Source: a virus
Lineage: Duplodnaviria > Caudoviricetes
DNA length: 64,000 nucleotides
Virus record (IMG/VR): IMGVR_UViG_3300028591_000143
Location: 1 to 64,000 of that record
Reading direction: 5' to 3' (one strand)
In this document: positions 11,901 through 19,154 of the stretch, piece by piece
Layout of the letters: every line of letters starts with the position of its first letter
Numbering within the stretch: position 1 is the first letter of the stretch
The notes under the pieces: model-generated
The model's input: the letters and a program-made list of their open reading frames with translations, nothing else
The model's database searches: none
What the model was told of the DNA's origin: nothing
Translations under genes and position numbers: made by a program

Positions 11901-12084
11901 TAACCAGAACTTTAAGTGTAGAATTTTCCTCCTCCCAAATTCCATTAGCTGGTATTTGAATGAGACTATTTTTATTTGGTGTAAAGCCTTGATCAGTTTC
12001 CCCTAACCAAGCTTCACCTATTATAACCTTACAGTCGACTCTGCTCATTAATCTGCTAAATGAGTCACTAACCTTTATATTCAT
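2932..12084 (-). CDS. Giant (3050 aa) tail fibre/adhesion protein with repeated CBM5/12-like aromatic modules
   Basis: Repeats such as WNAVDTYTSGQLVYYLGNWWVSLKSSNQGNIPSFENGSWW, YKGEWDSNYIYRTKDVV...PSTDTTGDW and YSSSKTYNVDDLV...PSSSASQW; lies downstream of baseplate genes. Confidence 0.65.
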   Translation of the reverse strand: MNIKVSDSFSRLMSRVDCKVIIGEAWLGETDQGFTPNKNSLIQIPANGIWEEENSTLKVLVIIPDEHILNKNDQRQEYGAIYFFSSTNSDEPAFILYDLDEPLSLGRNLINIEFSGIKARIKMIDTSEDTIFLETFGQNPGKNIFLTTNESALTSKNTYYVFWRIKTTENDTTDLPILDENGKLITENYTYKTYSNLRISCPGLTKTTIPHTRFGLSDDGGVVPIVGIADFIEYKVFGGVITETIRGEVSIEDIPGSEIVYISGHNDLGQEVSEAFNIFTPNNYSSMIEYKKNDHPGSYGADGIFGLKIRYYDVKEQKPVILESINQIKLVRRDLADDWFILDKSSKFVEDTEEFGEVPVFMFPYDTSGSEYLVIRTRLLEPITDVNQITITNENDIINNLFNISLSLSPYTDENGTYFVDIIIRLSALTTNTDTINWAPILNGVSTLFYTKISYKDYFSIIYLVQKPNVEGSLKLVDLSGNTVNQIKMLDSEVSKSYYLVCDPEEDSNTDFDNRPAWKVIEYPAGVSFLSDNGYLSAEIKPGYSPENRIIVNYPTRSTTAQNIHLSDIKIARIKESGISEDLMTTTNWRLLVDIAQINVGFMKYGRTILFSTYPISLNTSGIGLYELIIRSNCRYTLSSNDSGIYFRGIGESGYSSVYDSPSYYDTRYATGEDFRQWIQVHIVTETAPTTRGPITITAIEEDRTITRDIIIDQSLVSDSIYKLKPDGEPYSNGTWKCTTKSEELPIPYQKYEWVNRFSRASTNTLNVSAFNFSTIYSPGDIVKYSVNVNAPVWNAVDTYTSGQLVYYLGNWWVSLKSSNQGNIPSFENGSWWSCDNKYFVCISQFTSNILGDPVTTPLEVNSSSLTYIVHTSFWQEIAAVDDFQDLNNRVTSVNTAPMYDPNRRYGCGDIVRYGSTPAGSTVFNPIGQYHINDVVLIGTSDPYECYRCIGYNNSGYLTNVMPGVDENWQLYWQEIYPYIGFISLRDSYGITPNVNNNSDWCVISNDFIDLPKNKRLIAIRSSERVYQFMDMSLNVMSELTPEKIKQEINNNLNDDYVNDINFILEHPTLFKTGLSLRFQRNIITNSNNPGTTGNQLQNNKDLYFFITRDNTWIIQPDMYSLSNILGEEFYDSYFRVNRRQIISEEFYNKVNYSYLIPPDNMRSVYALQDCIISSSIDDIVDQTEKQNISSLFPYYSSFSNLPGLDCIVRDFNNNFFKLICRISDGGKMRATIINPNLSNQFRPIYPDDPNDPTTPGIVYKGEWDSNYIYRTKDVVCYSNLGRSKVYYYCLHNGVTGINPSTDTTGDWLCITWTALPSNILTDNDAIGTVTGPSYLNLNFTRNIGIRGKFNYGTTLFDATRQITNNEPKLGDIIQIGTTYYYCSIWTVVDVPTTQTEVDALITTISQYEGSQPFIKNQDYFLCKGFSNVLIKNPLNGGEYYYLNSKYIFNNIGSNKYIFIPEYSMDYTTVKYYTRKTPTETIQNTPGNDRAYISQLTTPEYNEDYPNNHYVDHYTGLSLYDDAGTLTRASNNIPQVQTEFEGKLILANPVNQTNSFTPIIPSVNNIFGVLNVAFFSDLRSDNTKINYYLYKEPYYPSIRLYKNGHEITTITLENFYSPLNISGCTTTIDVISPHPVIITNLIRSLNSESYSLNSQIINGLSTFTFKLSNPRVERDGYYHYVLTLTPTSDNNSLNATPIKLGTLSFVSRIWKNGTNPIEWVVVDDNATGIEILKKILRTDDIEIFDLDSDNTGTFSGIRLAYLPRLEEAIPGLVYRGRSDAILDDSFSIIGGNILNTTLDSGRNLSTNLFVAIPYNFVKDSNVDSSDRYYYSQEEIDKEYGVYIRRVSVIQKSSYEFEILGDKTNDISFLGETRTYNFSVRGTSWSGNYIIGNKRNCSITNNSSSNEITMTVPSRIQGYRPKLISDDYYVELKEKLPISFSVLVNSVRSSNIEDAFTSMQLLPGSSISSTYMNLASKPIQGTSGLQDVNNTYYRDEYSKLGKFVRTIERFEPIKRDPQNLIGTGYNYQRTSWNIFNRSQNQSSFLDYILDHNTKYTDNVDISNLYGLTGIDVNNLYSNPENELPTNADDIIGFGYYKTETPTPSDPIIRLDSTNLPQLAQFGTFYTSDNQSYKKFCPCGEDLTYQNYTDLFYIGEPRWKSVNSIEEAYVDLGIATNFIWKEINETPLLIGFGYNTTPINLSLPLASSNNFESNFWYWKKILNYSSSKTYNVDDLVITTSGTTHKIWRCKQNSVSGITPSSSASQWEEETPVTFDETFISGSVSDLPREIGIGDSLGKYFVIGNDCYKATRVVCTTEPIYGVVAISNPETTIGITQIDNPGYNYFKINRLPLGVSYRKLTGIYTVDENSEEYARKSFPTFSNGVLSMSYYSYYRKQINIPNSDLYDSSTSEVYVGKIFKVNYGGGYKYFQLKKNPEELLASVNYNGSTISSSNGYLGNSEYPGNLLLVGDTSENGYGKSVSNFPGTLFMDFNDFSYKIQSFEEEINLFQKRATRGIISNFGELSKEYYRLYLGDFQQKNTITITVNPEDTEVSGMIGIFNTTSLLTPDSGLTGILPSYTITSSPGCNIVSNQSLPRLDGGQVDNFKITFDPNNGDQDLIHTLEFYTSEDGFNTRVSLNIIQKSDPGEVVVIGSSNLFFLSNGLLQNSRNFGFLDFNSTLDINLNNIEILNNIGEDILDRGDGDNIVSYVNPISTSNGSVRYRAFLKLKPNTSNQPINNFRIKIGKIVGNTVTDRTILGDGSFYMYTEEGWSLLGSDYTPSWLENYVTTLPSSAEIGDIVCVCNSLRGSQGYYSVALFNPKKTSNFNNSTGLEYRRAETPEEISDLRLALGISEAENLDTIATIVSDLPNIYLEKQSGLLYKIGNAYYYTYADFITSGFIYGTTDIPVEIDSVGENDQKFHLKVTQFEYDSIGNTSTTELTNTIFNLASNYRLSYNTELYSGISEDYDDRIYEGDEVLYFLSPEIIYSSTNLPNLVPYLKTTYNFSEQADQSSTITIKTTIKLVLNYNYSGPSIPQSYREIENLFTLYIRKTV

Positions 12085-13655
12085 AAGTATTTTAATAATT
12101 TATCATTAGTGAGGAAGAATATCAATCCATCACAAGCACCTATAATATTTGGGATTGTGTTCTCCTCTATATCATAATAATTTTTTCTGAATAGATTTAA
12201 TATAGAGTCATGAACGGGATAAACTTTAAATATTCGTTCTATTTTCCCTTCATTAAAGTACGACCTATATAAATTATCCTCCTCTTCTCCATTACAAAAC
12301 AAAACATCTAATCTTGAGTCTAACTCTAATTCTCCACCTCTAGTACTTCTAGCTCTTTCTGTCCAATACTCTCCTTCTCCTAAAAGATACATTAGATAAT
12401 AATTATCTTCTTCAATCATAAATACTCTATCGTTTACTATAGTAAGATTTTGATAATCTGTTTCCGTTAAATAAACTCTAGTACATTGATTTACTAAGAT
12501 ATATAATACTTCCCCACGTAATACTCTCTTTAATATAAACCAAGATCCTATTTTTCTCACTATTTTCAAGGAGTATGTTCTCATATATGTCTTTAGGTCT
12601 AGGTATATATTAGATAGTTCTGGTACATATTGATATACAGTATCATAAACTAGCGGGGGTAATTCATAGATATTACTTTTGGGATCTAATGGGTCTATTA
12701 AGTTAGTGTATCCAGTTCTTCCTTGAACAACTATTGAATCATTATCTAAAGTATCCAATATAGTACCATCCTTACAGACTATATAATGACCACCAAAATA
12801 ATCTATTTGATAATTATTTGGAATAACTCTTGAAGCAGTATCAGTTCTTAGATAATAATACGCAGTTCCAAATATATTTCGAGAAGTTAATGAGATTATA
12901 CTATACTCTCCATCCTCTTTCCAGGTATATAAAGCTAAATCATCTCCGTAATATGAAAACTGGTAATGATTAAACCCTCTAACATAAGGATCTGCTTCAA
13001 TAAATCTTGTAATATCTATTTTATTTAATTCTAGATCTCCCTCTTTTTGTCGGAGTAAGTAATTAGATAGATAAATATTTTTTGCTGAATTGTCTCTATT
13101 AAAGGCGGTTAAGTGTGTAGTATATTTAGAAATAGGTGTTATCTTATCAAGTTCAGATTTTATATTATTTGAAGAAGTAAAGTCCCATAAATTATCACCT
13201 ACAAAAACGCGCTCCAGGCTTCCAGAATTACGAAGGGGAGCTAATGAATTTTTAAGATTAACCTCTATTCCTCCTTCTACTGTTGTTTGGAGATCTATAA
13301 TTATGTTTATATTGCGTTGTTTTCCTTGGGTTCGTAAAAACTCTGTATAACCTATGGGAGAGTTATCAAAGTTGGATAGGTAAATTATAACATTAAAACC
13401 TTCAGTATGAGAATTTGAATATCTATAGTGAAATTTATTATCATCCAAATCTTTATCTAATGTTAAAGATAGTGGAGAAGAAGATACTACTTCATAAATT
13501 CTTTCAATATTATATACTGAGATTCTACTATATGCACTATTACTTGCAAACTGATACTTATTATATAATATTATTCTTTTACTCTCTATTACCGGTTTTG
13601 CTGTACCTACGACATGTGTACGATACCCTAGACTAATATCTTTAGAGGTTGCCAT
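12081..13655 (-). CDS. Hypothetical baseplate/tail-associated protein (524 aa)
   Basis: Long ORF overlapping both neighbours in the tail operon; no recognisable motif. Confidence 0.5.
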   Translation of the reverse strand: MATSKDISLGYRTHVVGTAKPVIESKRIILYNKYQFASNSAYSRISVYNIERIYEVVSSSPLSLTLDKDLDDNKFHYRYSNSHTEGFNVIIYLSNFDNSPIGYTEFLRTQGKQRNINIIIDLQTTVEGGIEVNLKNSLAPLRNSGSLERVFVGDNLWDFTSSNNIKSELDKITPISKYTTHLTAFNRDNSAKNIYLSNYLLRQKEGDLELNKIDITRFIEADPYVRGFNHYQFSYYGDDLALYTWKEDGEYSIISLTSRNIFGTAYYYLRTDTASRVIPNNYQIDYFGGHYIVCKDGTILDTLDNDSIVVQGRTGYTNLIDPLDPKSNIYELPPLVYDTVYQYVPELSNIYLDLKTYMRTYSLKIVRKIGSWFILKRVLRGEVLYILVNQCTRVYLTETDYQNLTIVNDRVFMIEEDNYYLMYLLGEGEYWTERARSTRGGELELDSRLDVLFCNGEEEDNLYRSYFNEGKIERIFKVYPVHDSILNLFRKNYYDIEENTIPNIIGACDGLIFFLTNDKLLKYL

Positions 13656-14505
13656 ATGTCACTGTGCATCTACTTATTATACATTCATCTATATCAGATC
13701 TTAATGGATTTACTCTGATAGTGTTATTTAAGTATTCTATCTGTATATCATCATTTATCTCTGTAAAATAACTATTTACATCAAGAGTCGGTATATCAGA
13801 ATCATTGGTGGGTAAATATTTAAAAGCTTGAAATGAAAGATCTCTAACATAAATCTGTCCAGCCTTTGAATATTCCACTGTCAAGTCTAATAAACCAGTA
13901 AGTCCTGGTTTAGCGTTATAATAGATTAACTCAGATATATTTAGAATATTTGTATAGCTATCAGAGTTATATTTTATAAGCTCTATTTCTGTAATGTCAT
14001 CTATTAAATTTATAGAACTCATTGAGGAACTATAGAAGCTTATTTCATTTCTAGTATTCATATTGCTTTCATCGAATATTAAATTATACTCATTTTGTAT
14101 TTCATCTATTGGTAAGTCTGATCCACAACAACTAAAATCTAATAGTGGACGAATAAAATTTCCATTATCATCTTTATAATTTTTGTCGAGATTATTCTGT
14201 TGTGTTATTATGACTGGTATCTGATTTTGTGAAGGAGATAAATCATAACAAAGTTCAGAAGAGAGGGAACCAGAGGTTCTTTTGATAAACTTAGTTCCCA
14301 TTAAATTATATCCTCTTTCTTTTAGTCGTTCTGTTAACTCTGAGCAATGGATTGGTCTAAAATGAGATGACCCCTCTGTAAGGCCAATAGTATCCCCATC
14401 CTTTTTATAAGCAAGAATAGATGACTCATTACTATCTATTATAAAAAGCTTATCATTACTATTAGCTTCTTCTGAGGTTATTATGTTTAATGTATTCCTG
14501 CTCAT
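13642..14505 (-). CDS. Hypothetical tail-associated protein (287 aa)
   Basis: Translationally coupled ORF in the tail operon. Confidence 0.5.
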   Translation of the reverse strand: MSRNTLNIITSEEANSNDKLFIIDSNESSILAYKKDGDTIGLTEGSSHFRPIHCSELTERLKERGYNLMGTKFIKRTSGSLSSELCYDLSPSQNQIPVIITQQNNLDKNYKDDNGNFIRPLLDFSCCGSDLPIDEIQNEYNLIFDESNMNTRNEISFYSSSMSSINLIDDITEIELIKYNSDSYTNILNISELIYYNAKPGLTGLLDLTVEYSKAGQIYVRDLSFQAFKYLPTNDSDIPTLDVNSYFTEINDDIQIEYLNNTIRVNPLRSDIDECIISRCTVTYGNL

Positions 14506-17500
14506 ATTCTATATCTATAATAAATATTTCGTATAGTTCCTCCATGAACTAATATCGTTCTTGTAGTATTATCTCCGCCTTCAACGGATAACCAGGTATT
14601 ACTATCTATATAATACTGTCCTTCTATTTGTAAATCTATAGTAAGCGTTTGTGTTTTTAGCATGGTTGTTCCAGGAACCGGAATTTCTATAAGAAAAGTA
14701 GCTATACAAGAAGTTCCAAAATCAGAAGAACGTGTATTAGTAGCTACGAAATAACTATGTTCTGTACCTATTTTTGTTACTAGTTTAAAGGGAACCGTTG
14801 GATTTACATTGGAGATAAGGAGGGTTTCCGAAGGTATATAGGTTAGGGCATCAAAAATAGGATCTCCTGAATAAGCCCAATATATAGAACTATCACTAGG
14901 CTCTTCACCTATACAGTTAGATAAACATTTCCATTTCTTACTATTCCAAATTATTTCATCTCCAACTTGATATGTTTTATCTGATTCATAAACAATACCT
15001 ATCCATTTATCAGTATCATTTGGATGTACAACAAAACAAGTATGAAGATAATCATGTAATGCCTCATCTATATTTATATAGCCGGTTCTATTTGTTGTCC
15101 ACCAAGGATATACATAAAATCCAAGGTTTTCATCATAAAACTGACCGCCTTCACCTAAATTTATATCTAACCAGCCTTTAGTGTTTTGAACTACATACCA
15201 ATTCATCTCTCCACCTTCTTGAGTTTTTGCTCTAACTTTTCCCAAGTTAAAAGCATCTGGAAGATCATGGTATGAGGTAAATATATAATCACCAGGTATT
15301 ACACTTGGGTATTCACTATCATCTTCAGGAGGATTTCCTAAAGCCCAATAGTTTCCATTTATGTAATAGTGTTCAATGTCATCTATTACTTTCTTACAAA
15401 TAACACGTATGGATAGATTTGGATAAGTCATAAGATCTGCTAATCCTATATCAGAACCAGTAATATCCAATCCTTCCGCCATATTATCTTCCCCAAGAAC
15501 CCCTAGAACTTGTGTAAGAGGACCTTCTCCTGTAACCCAACCAGCAGTTCCTTTCCGTGTAATCTCTTTATTATAAGCTAATTTATATTCTCTTGGGAAA
15601 GTATGGTCTGCCGTATATTTTATTAATGTAGTTGGAAAATAGAATTTACTTATGTTGCTTAATAATGATCCATTACTTACAGAGGAAGCAAGACTCTCAC
15701 GATTTGGAGATGTCGTACCTAAATCTACTACTGTTCCATTTCCATATCTATAATAATTTGTACCATCAGTAACTATTATATTAAAACTTGGTAAGAAACT
15801 AGAAAGAACTTGATTTAAATCTTCTATACTATTTACTGATAATATACTTGGAAGATTTGAAGAGATTTCATTAAATCTAGTATCCGGTATTAAGGATAAT
15901 GGAGTATGATTATAAACATCATTATAAGTATCTATCAATGTTGAAAAGCTACCAGTAGAAGAAGTTAAGAAAAAATATCCACTAGACTCTTTAAGAATTA
16001 GATCAGTACTAGAATTTACATTATCATAGTAATAAGTTCCTGGCAATGAACTTTTATCAGTTCCTCTATAATTATAATTACTAAGTAAAGAGCTATCTGT
16101 AATATAATAATTGTAATCAGTCGTTGAATCAGACCCAATTCTAGCAACTAATTTTATTAACTCTCCTTTAAAATCACTAATTTCAAGACTACATAAGCCT
16201 AACCAATTACTCGGTATTGTTGTTGAATTACTAAATGATATATTCTCCGGTAATATATTAGACAAGATATTACTATTAGATATTATAGGATTATGCTCGT
16301 CTATTCCCTGATAAATTTTAGTCTCAACAAAAAACTCATTATCATCATCAGTCTTACTACATAATTTTATAAAAACACTAAGTTCTGAAGTAAATAATTG
16401 ACTAAAATAATCTATACCAAGAGAACCTGATATGGCACTTTCTATGTTTACTTCATTTATAGAACTACCAATCATTCCCATAAAAGAATTAATATCCATA
16501 TCAGTACCATATAGATGATTACTAATCTGATCTAAGAAACGAGTGGCTATTGATCCATCCAAGTCTAGATTCCCTTCATCACTAGCTCTCATCAAATAAC
16601 ATAAATTTTCACTAAAATTGAAGAAAGCATAATAAGAGTTTTCTACTGAGAAAGCATCACCACCATCTAAGCTAAGATGTCTTCCTTCATCACTGATTTC
16701 AATAGTTGGATAGATAATACAAAACATACCAGTAAATGGTGTGATCGTAGGTACAGTTGCTCCCCCTAAGGTTGGGTCATTATTTATATAAGCATCGAAA
16801 TGAAAATAATCACGATTAAAACCTATAACAGAAAATTCCTGATTAGTAGTATTTATTATAGTAGGAATATCCTCTTCATTAAAAATATCTATAAATGAAG
16901 GTATATAATTATCAACATCTACAGAAGACCCAACAGAATCCCAATAAGAAGTATCACTTATTGATGGAAATGGTTTATTAGATGTCTGAATACATCTATA
17001 TAGTTGTCCTGGATTAGCAGGATCAAATACTATAGAACCAACATTATATTTAACATCAGTAAGATATACTGTTGGACCCATACCCAGATAATTCCAGATT
17101 GAAACCCTACTATTATTATATCCACTCTTCAAATCATCTACTATAAGTTTATCATCAAAATATATGTATTCTTGACTATTTAATAATTGAAGATCTCCGG
17201 GATTAGTTGATACATCTCGGGTGACTCTATGTGATAAACTACCATTAAACTCTTCAACATTATAACTACAATAAGGACGAAGGAAACATACAGGCTCTCC
17301 TAACATCGAAATATATGTAATATATGGTGCTATAGTGCAGTAATTCCCTCGTGTTTCACTTATACAACCTGTTTCCACTAACCATGGATTGCCTGTCGCA
17401 TGTAATAGAGAAGAGGATGATTTTATGAGATTTTCATTAAATAAAAGATCTTCATAAAAAACTTTAGTTATCTTTGAACTTAACTCAGAGTTTTCTATTA

Positions 17501-19154
17501 AGCTGCTTCCTATAGTCCACTCTTGAGTTACAGGAATAAATTTAGAGACGCTTAGATCATTTGTCACAGCATCTTTTACTATAACTGTGTATGGAAAATC
17601 TGGACTTAGTAATAATAAGTTATTATATTCTTCATGTGTTACCTCAAAAACATTAGATAATTCATTAACCCCAAAATCATTAAGTACATCATCAAGAGTT
17701 TTTCCATGTACCCAACCGTTTCTATCTCCAGCTACATGATAAGAATAGGTATAGTTAGTTCTATTACCGACTTTAATAACAGAATTAACCATAATTGCTT
17801 TAGGATTTAAACGAGTATTTGCAAAAGATTGAGAACTCACTAAAGTAATGGCATCACTAAGAGTACTAATTCTAAGTGAGTTTAATAATTCCCCCTCACT
17901 ACTTCTTATGTATTGCCAAGAACTATGCATCCTAACGTTAACTCCTGCCTCTAAGTCATACTCTGTACCATCCGTCACATCCCTACTTTCTACTAGATCC
18001 ATTTCTACTTCTCTATTACAAAAAGTACCTGTAAGTTGTTGACGAGTGGCTTCTAATTCTTGTAATTTTTTAGCATAGAATGATCTAATACTATTAAGCT
18101 GCTTTAATACTGTTCTAGAGTTATTTTCGTAATTACTAACCCAACCAGTAATATTATTATAGGCCCAATCTCCGTCATATTCTCTCCAATACCCATCTTC
18201 TCCTGGTGTATGTCCTGAATTATCTGAAAAATTAGATATCCAAGCTGACCTATTATAAAAAGTTACTTCATTAAATCCGTAAACCCGTGAAGAAGAGTAT
18301 GGTAGTGTGTTTATGCCAGAACCCTCAGCCCACCTATACTTTACGCTCCCTATAACAGGATCAATTATTTCTTGTATTCGAATTCTTTTATTTCCCGCAC
18401 TTGAATCTATGTAGGTATATTGCTTTACTAAAACACTTTCTATTTCAGAGTTTCTATCAACTAATGTAGCAATCTCAGATAAAGATCTAGAAACATTAAA
18501 CATTCCATTATTTAGGTCCGGGGATTTCATTATCGCATTTAGAATTTTACCATTTTCTATATTTGCTAATGATCCCCCTATAGAATATTCAAGAATCTCA
18601 TCTCCATTATCATCAAATCCATTAGAAGAAACATAATTAGTAATAATACCACTCTCATTTACTCCGAAAAAAGTATTTTGTAAAATTTCATTAAGAACAT
18701 TACCAGAAATGTACTTATCTTCATGGTATGGTATATATGCATACTCAAATCCGGTAGCTGGAGTTCCTACTTTATATGCATCTCCCTCATGAATAGATCT
18801 AGGAAGAGCATTTCTATCCGTAACTACATTTTCTATCGGAAATGTTCCAGGTTCCATTCCTAAAGCAATCTCTACCTCCTGTGCAGAATTCTTAAACTCC
18901 CAAGAAAGCCTACCATTCACATAATTGTAATACTCTTTTGCCGTAGAAACTTTATCTCCAGGATATATCTTAAAATTACCCGTCGAATCTTTGGCAGGAT
19001 CTATCCCTTTTACAGTAAAATTCTGTTGATTGGTTGGATTTGCCGCAGTACAGATATAAATACTATCTCCGGACACTACAAAATCTCCACGCTCATATTC
19101 TACATCTTGTGAATAAATAAAAATTCCTTGAACATGTGTATTATTTATTATCAT
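14502..19154 (-). CDS. Large (1550 aa) tail fibre-like protein with CBM5/12-like modules
   Basis: YSQDVEYERGDFVV...YIC, YSSSRVYGFNEV...PGEDGYW and YESDKTYQVGDEIIWNSKKWKC...PSDSSIYW; shares segments with the 3050-aa protein. Confidence 0.65.
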   Translation of the reverse strand: MIINNTHVQGIFIYSQDVEYERGDFVVSGDSIYICTAANPTNQQNFTVKGIDPAKDSTGNFKIYPGDKVSTAKEYYNYVNGRLSWEFKNSAQEVEIALGMEPGTFPIENVVTDRNALPRSIHEGDAYKVGTPATGFEYAYIPYHEDKYISGNVLNEILQNTFFGVNESGIITNYVSSNGFDDNGDEILEYSIGGSLANIENGKILNAIMKSPDLNNGMFNVSRSLSEIATLVDRNSEIESVLVKQYTYIDSSAGNKRIRIQEIIDPVIGSVKYRWAEGSGINTLPYSSSRVYGFNEVTFYNRSAWISNFSDNSGHTPGEDGYWREYDGDWAYNNITGWVSNYENNSRTVLKQLNSIRSFYAKKLQELEATRQQLTGTFCNREVEMDLVESRDVTDGTEYDLEAGVNVRMHSSWQYIRSSEGELLNSLRISTLSDAITLVSSQSFANTRLNPKAIMVNSVIKVGNRTNYTYSYHVAGDRNGWVHGKTLDDVLNDFGVNELSNVFEVTHEEYNNLLLLSPDFPYTVIVKDAVTNDLSVSKFIPVTQEWTIGSSLIENSELSSKITKVFYEDLLFNENLIKSSSSLLHATGNPWLVETGCISETRGNYCTIAPYITYISMLGEPVCFLRPYCSYNVEEFNGSLSHRVTRDVSTNPGDLQLLNSQEYIYFDDKLIVDDLKSGYNNSRVSIWNYLGMGPTVYLTDVKYNVGSIVFDPANPGQLYRCIQTSNKPFPSISDTSYWDSVGSSVDVDNYIPSFIDIFNEEDIPTIINTTNQEFSVIGFNRDYFHFDAYINNDPTLGGATVPTITPFTGMFCIIYPTIEISDEGRHLSLDGGDAFSVENSYYAFFNFSENLCYLMRASDEGNLDLDGSIATRFLDQISNHLYGTDMDINSFMGMIGSSINEVNIESAISGSLGIDYFSQLFTSELSVFIKLCSKTDDDNEFFVETKIYQGIDEHNPIISNSNILSNILPENISFSNSTTIPSNWLGLCSLEISDFKGELIKLVARIGSDSTTDYNYYITDSSLLSNYNYRGTDKSSLPGTYYYDNVNSSTDLILKESSGYFFLTSSTGSFSTLIDTYNDVYNHTPLSLIPDTRFNEISSNLPSILSVNSIEDLNQVLSSFLPSFNIIVTDGTNYYRYGNGTVVDLGTTSPNRESLASSVSNGSLLSNISKFYFPTTLIKYTADHTFPREYKLAYNKEITRKGTAGWVTGEGPLTQVLGVLGEDNMAEGLDITGSDIGLADLMTYPNLSIRVICKKVIDDIEHYYINGNYWALGNPPEDDSEYPSVIPGDYIFTSYHDLPDAFNLGKVRAKTQEGGEMNWYVVQNTKGWLDINLGEGGQFYDENLGFYVYPWWTTNRTGYINIDEALHDYLHTCFVVHPNDTDKWIGIVYESDKTYQVGDEIIWNSKKWKCLSNCIGEEPSDSSIYWAYSGDPIFDALTYIPSETLLISNVNPTVPFKLVTKIGTEHSYFVATNTRSSDFGTSCIATFLIEIPVPGTTMLKTQTLTIDLQIEGQYYIDSNTWLSVEGGDNTTRTILVHGGTIRNIYYRYRI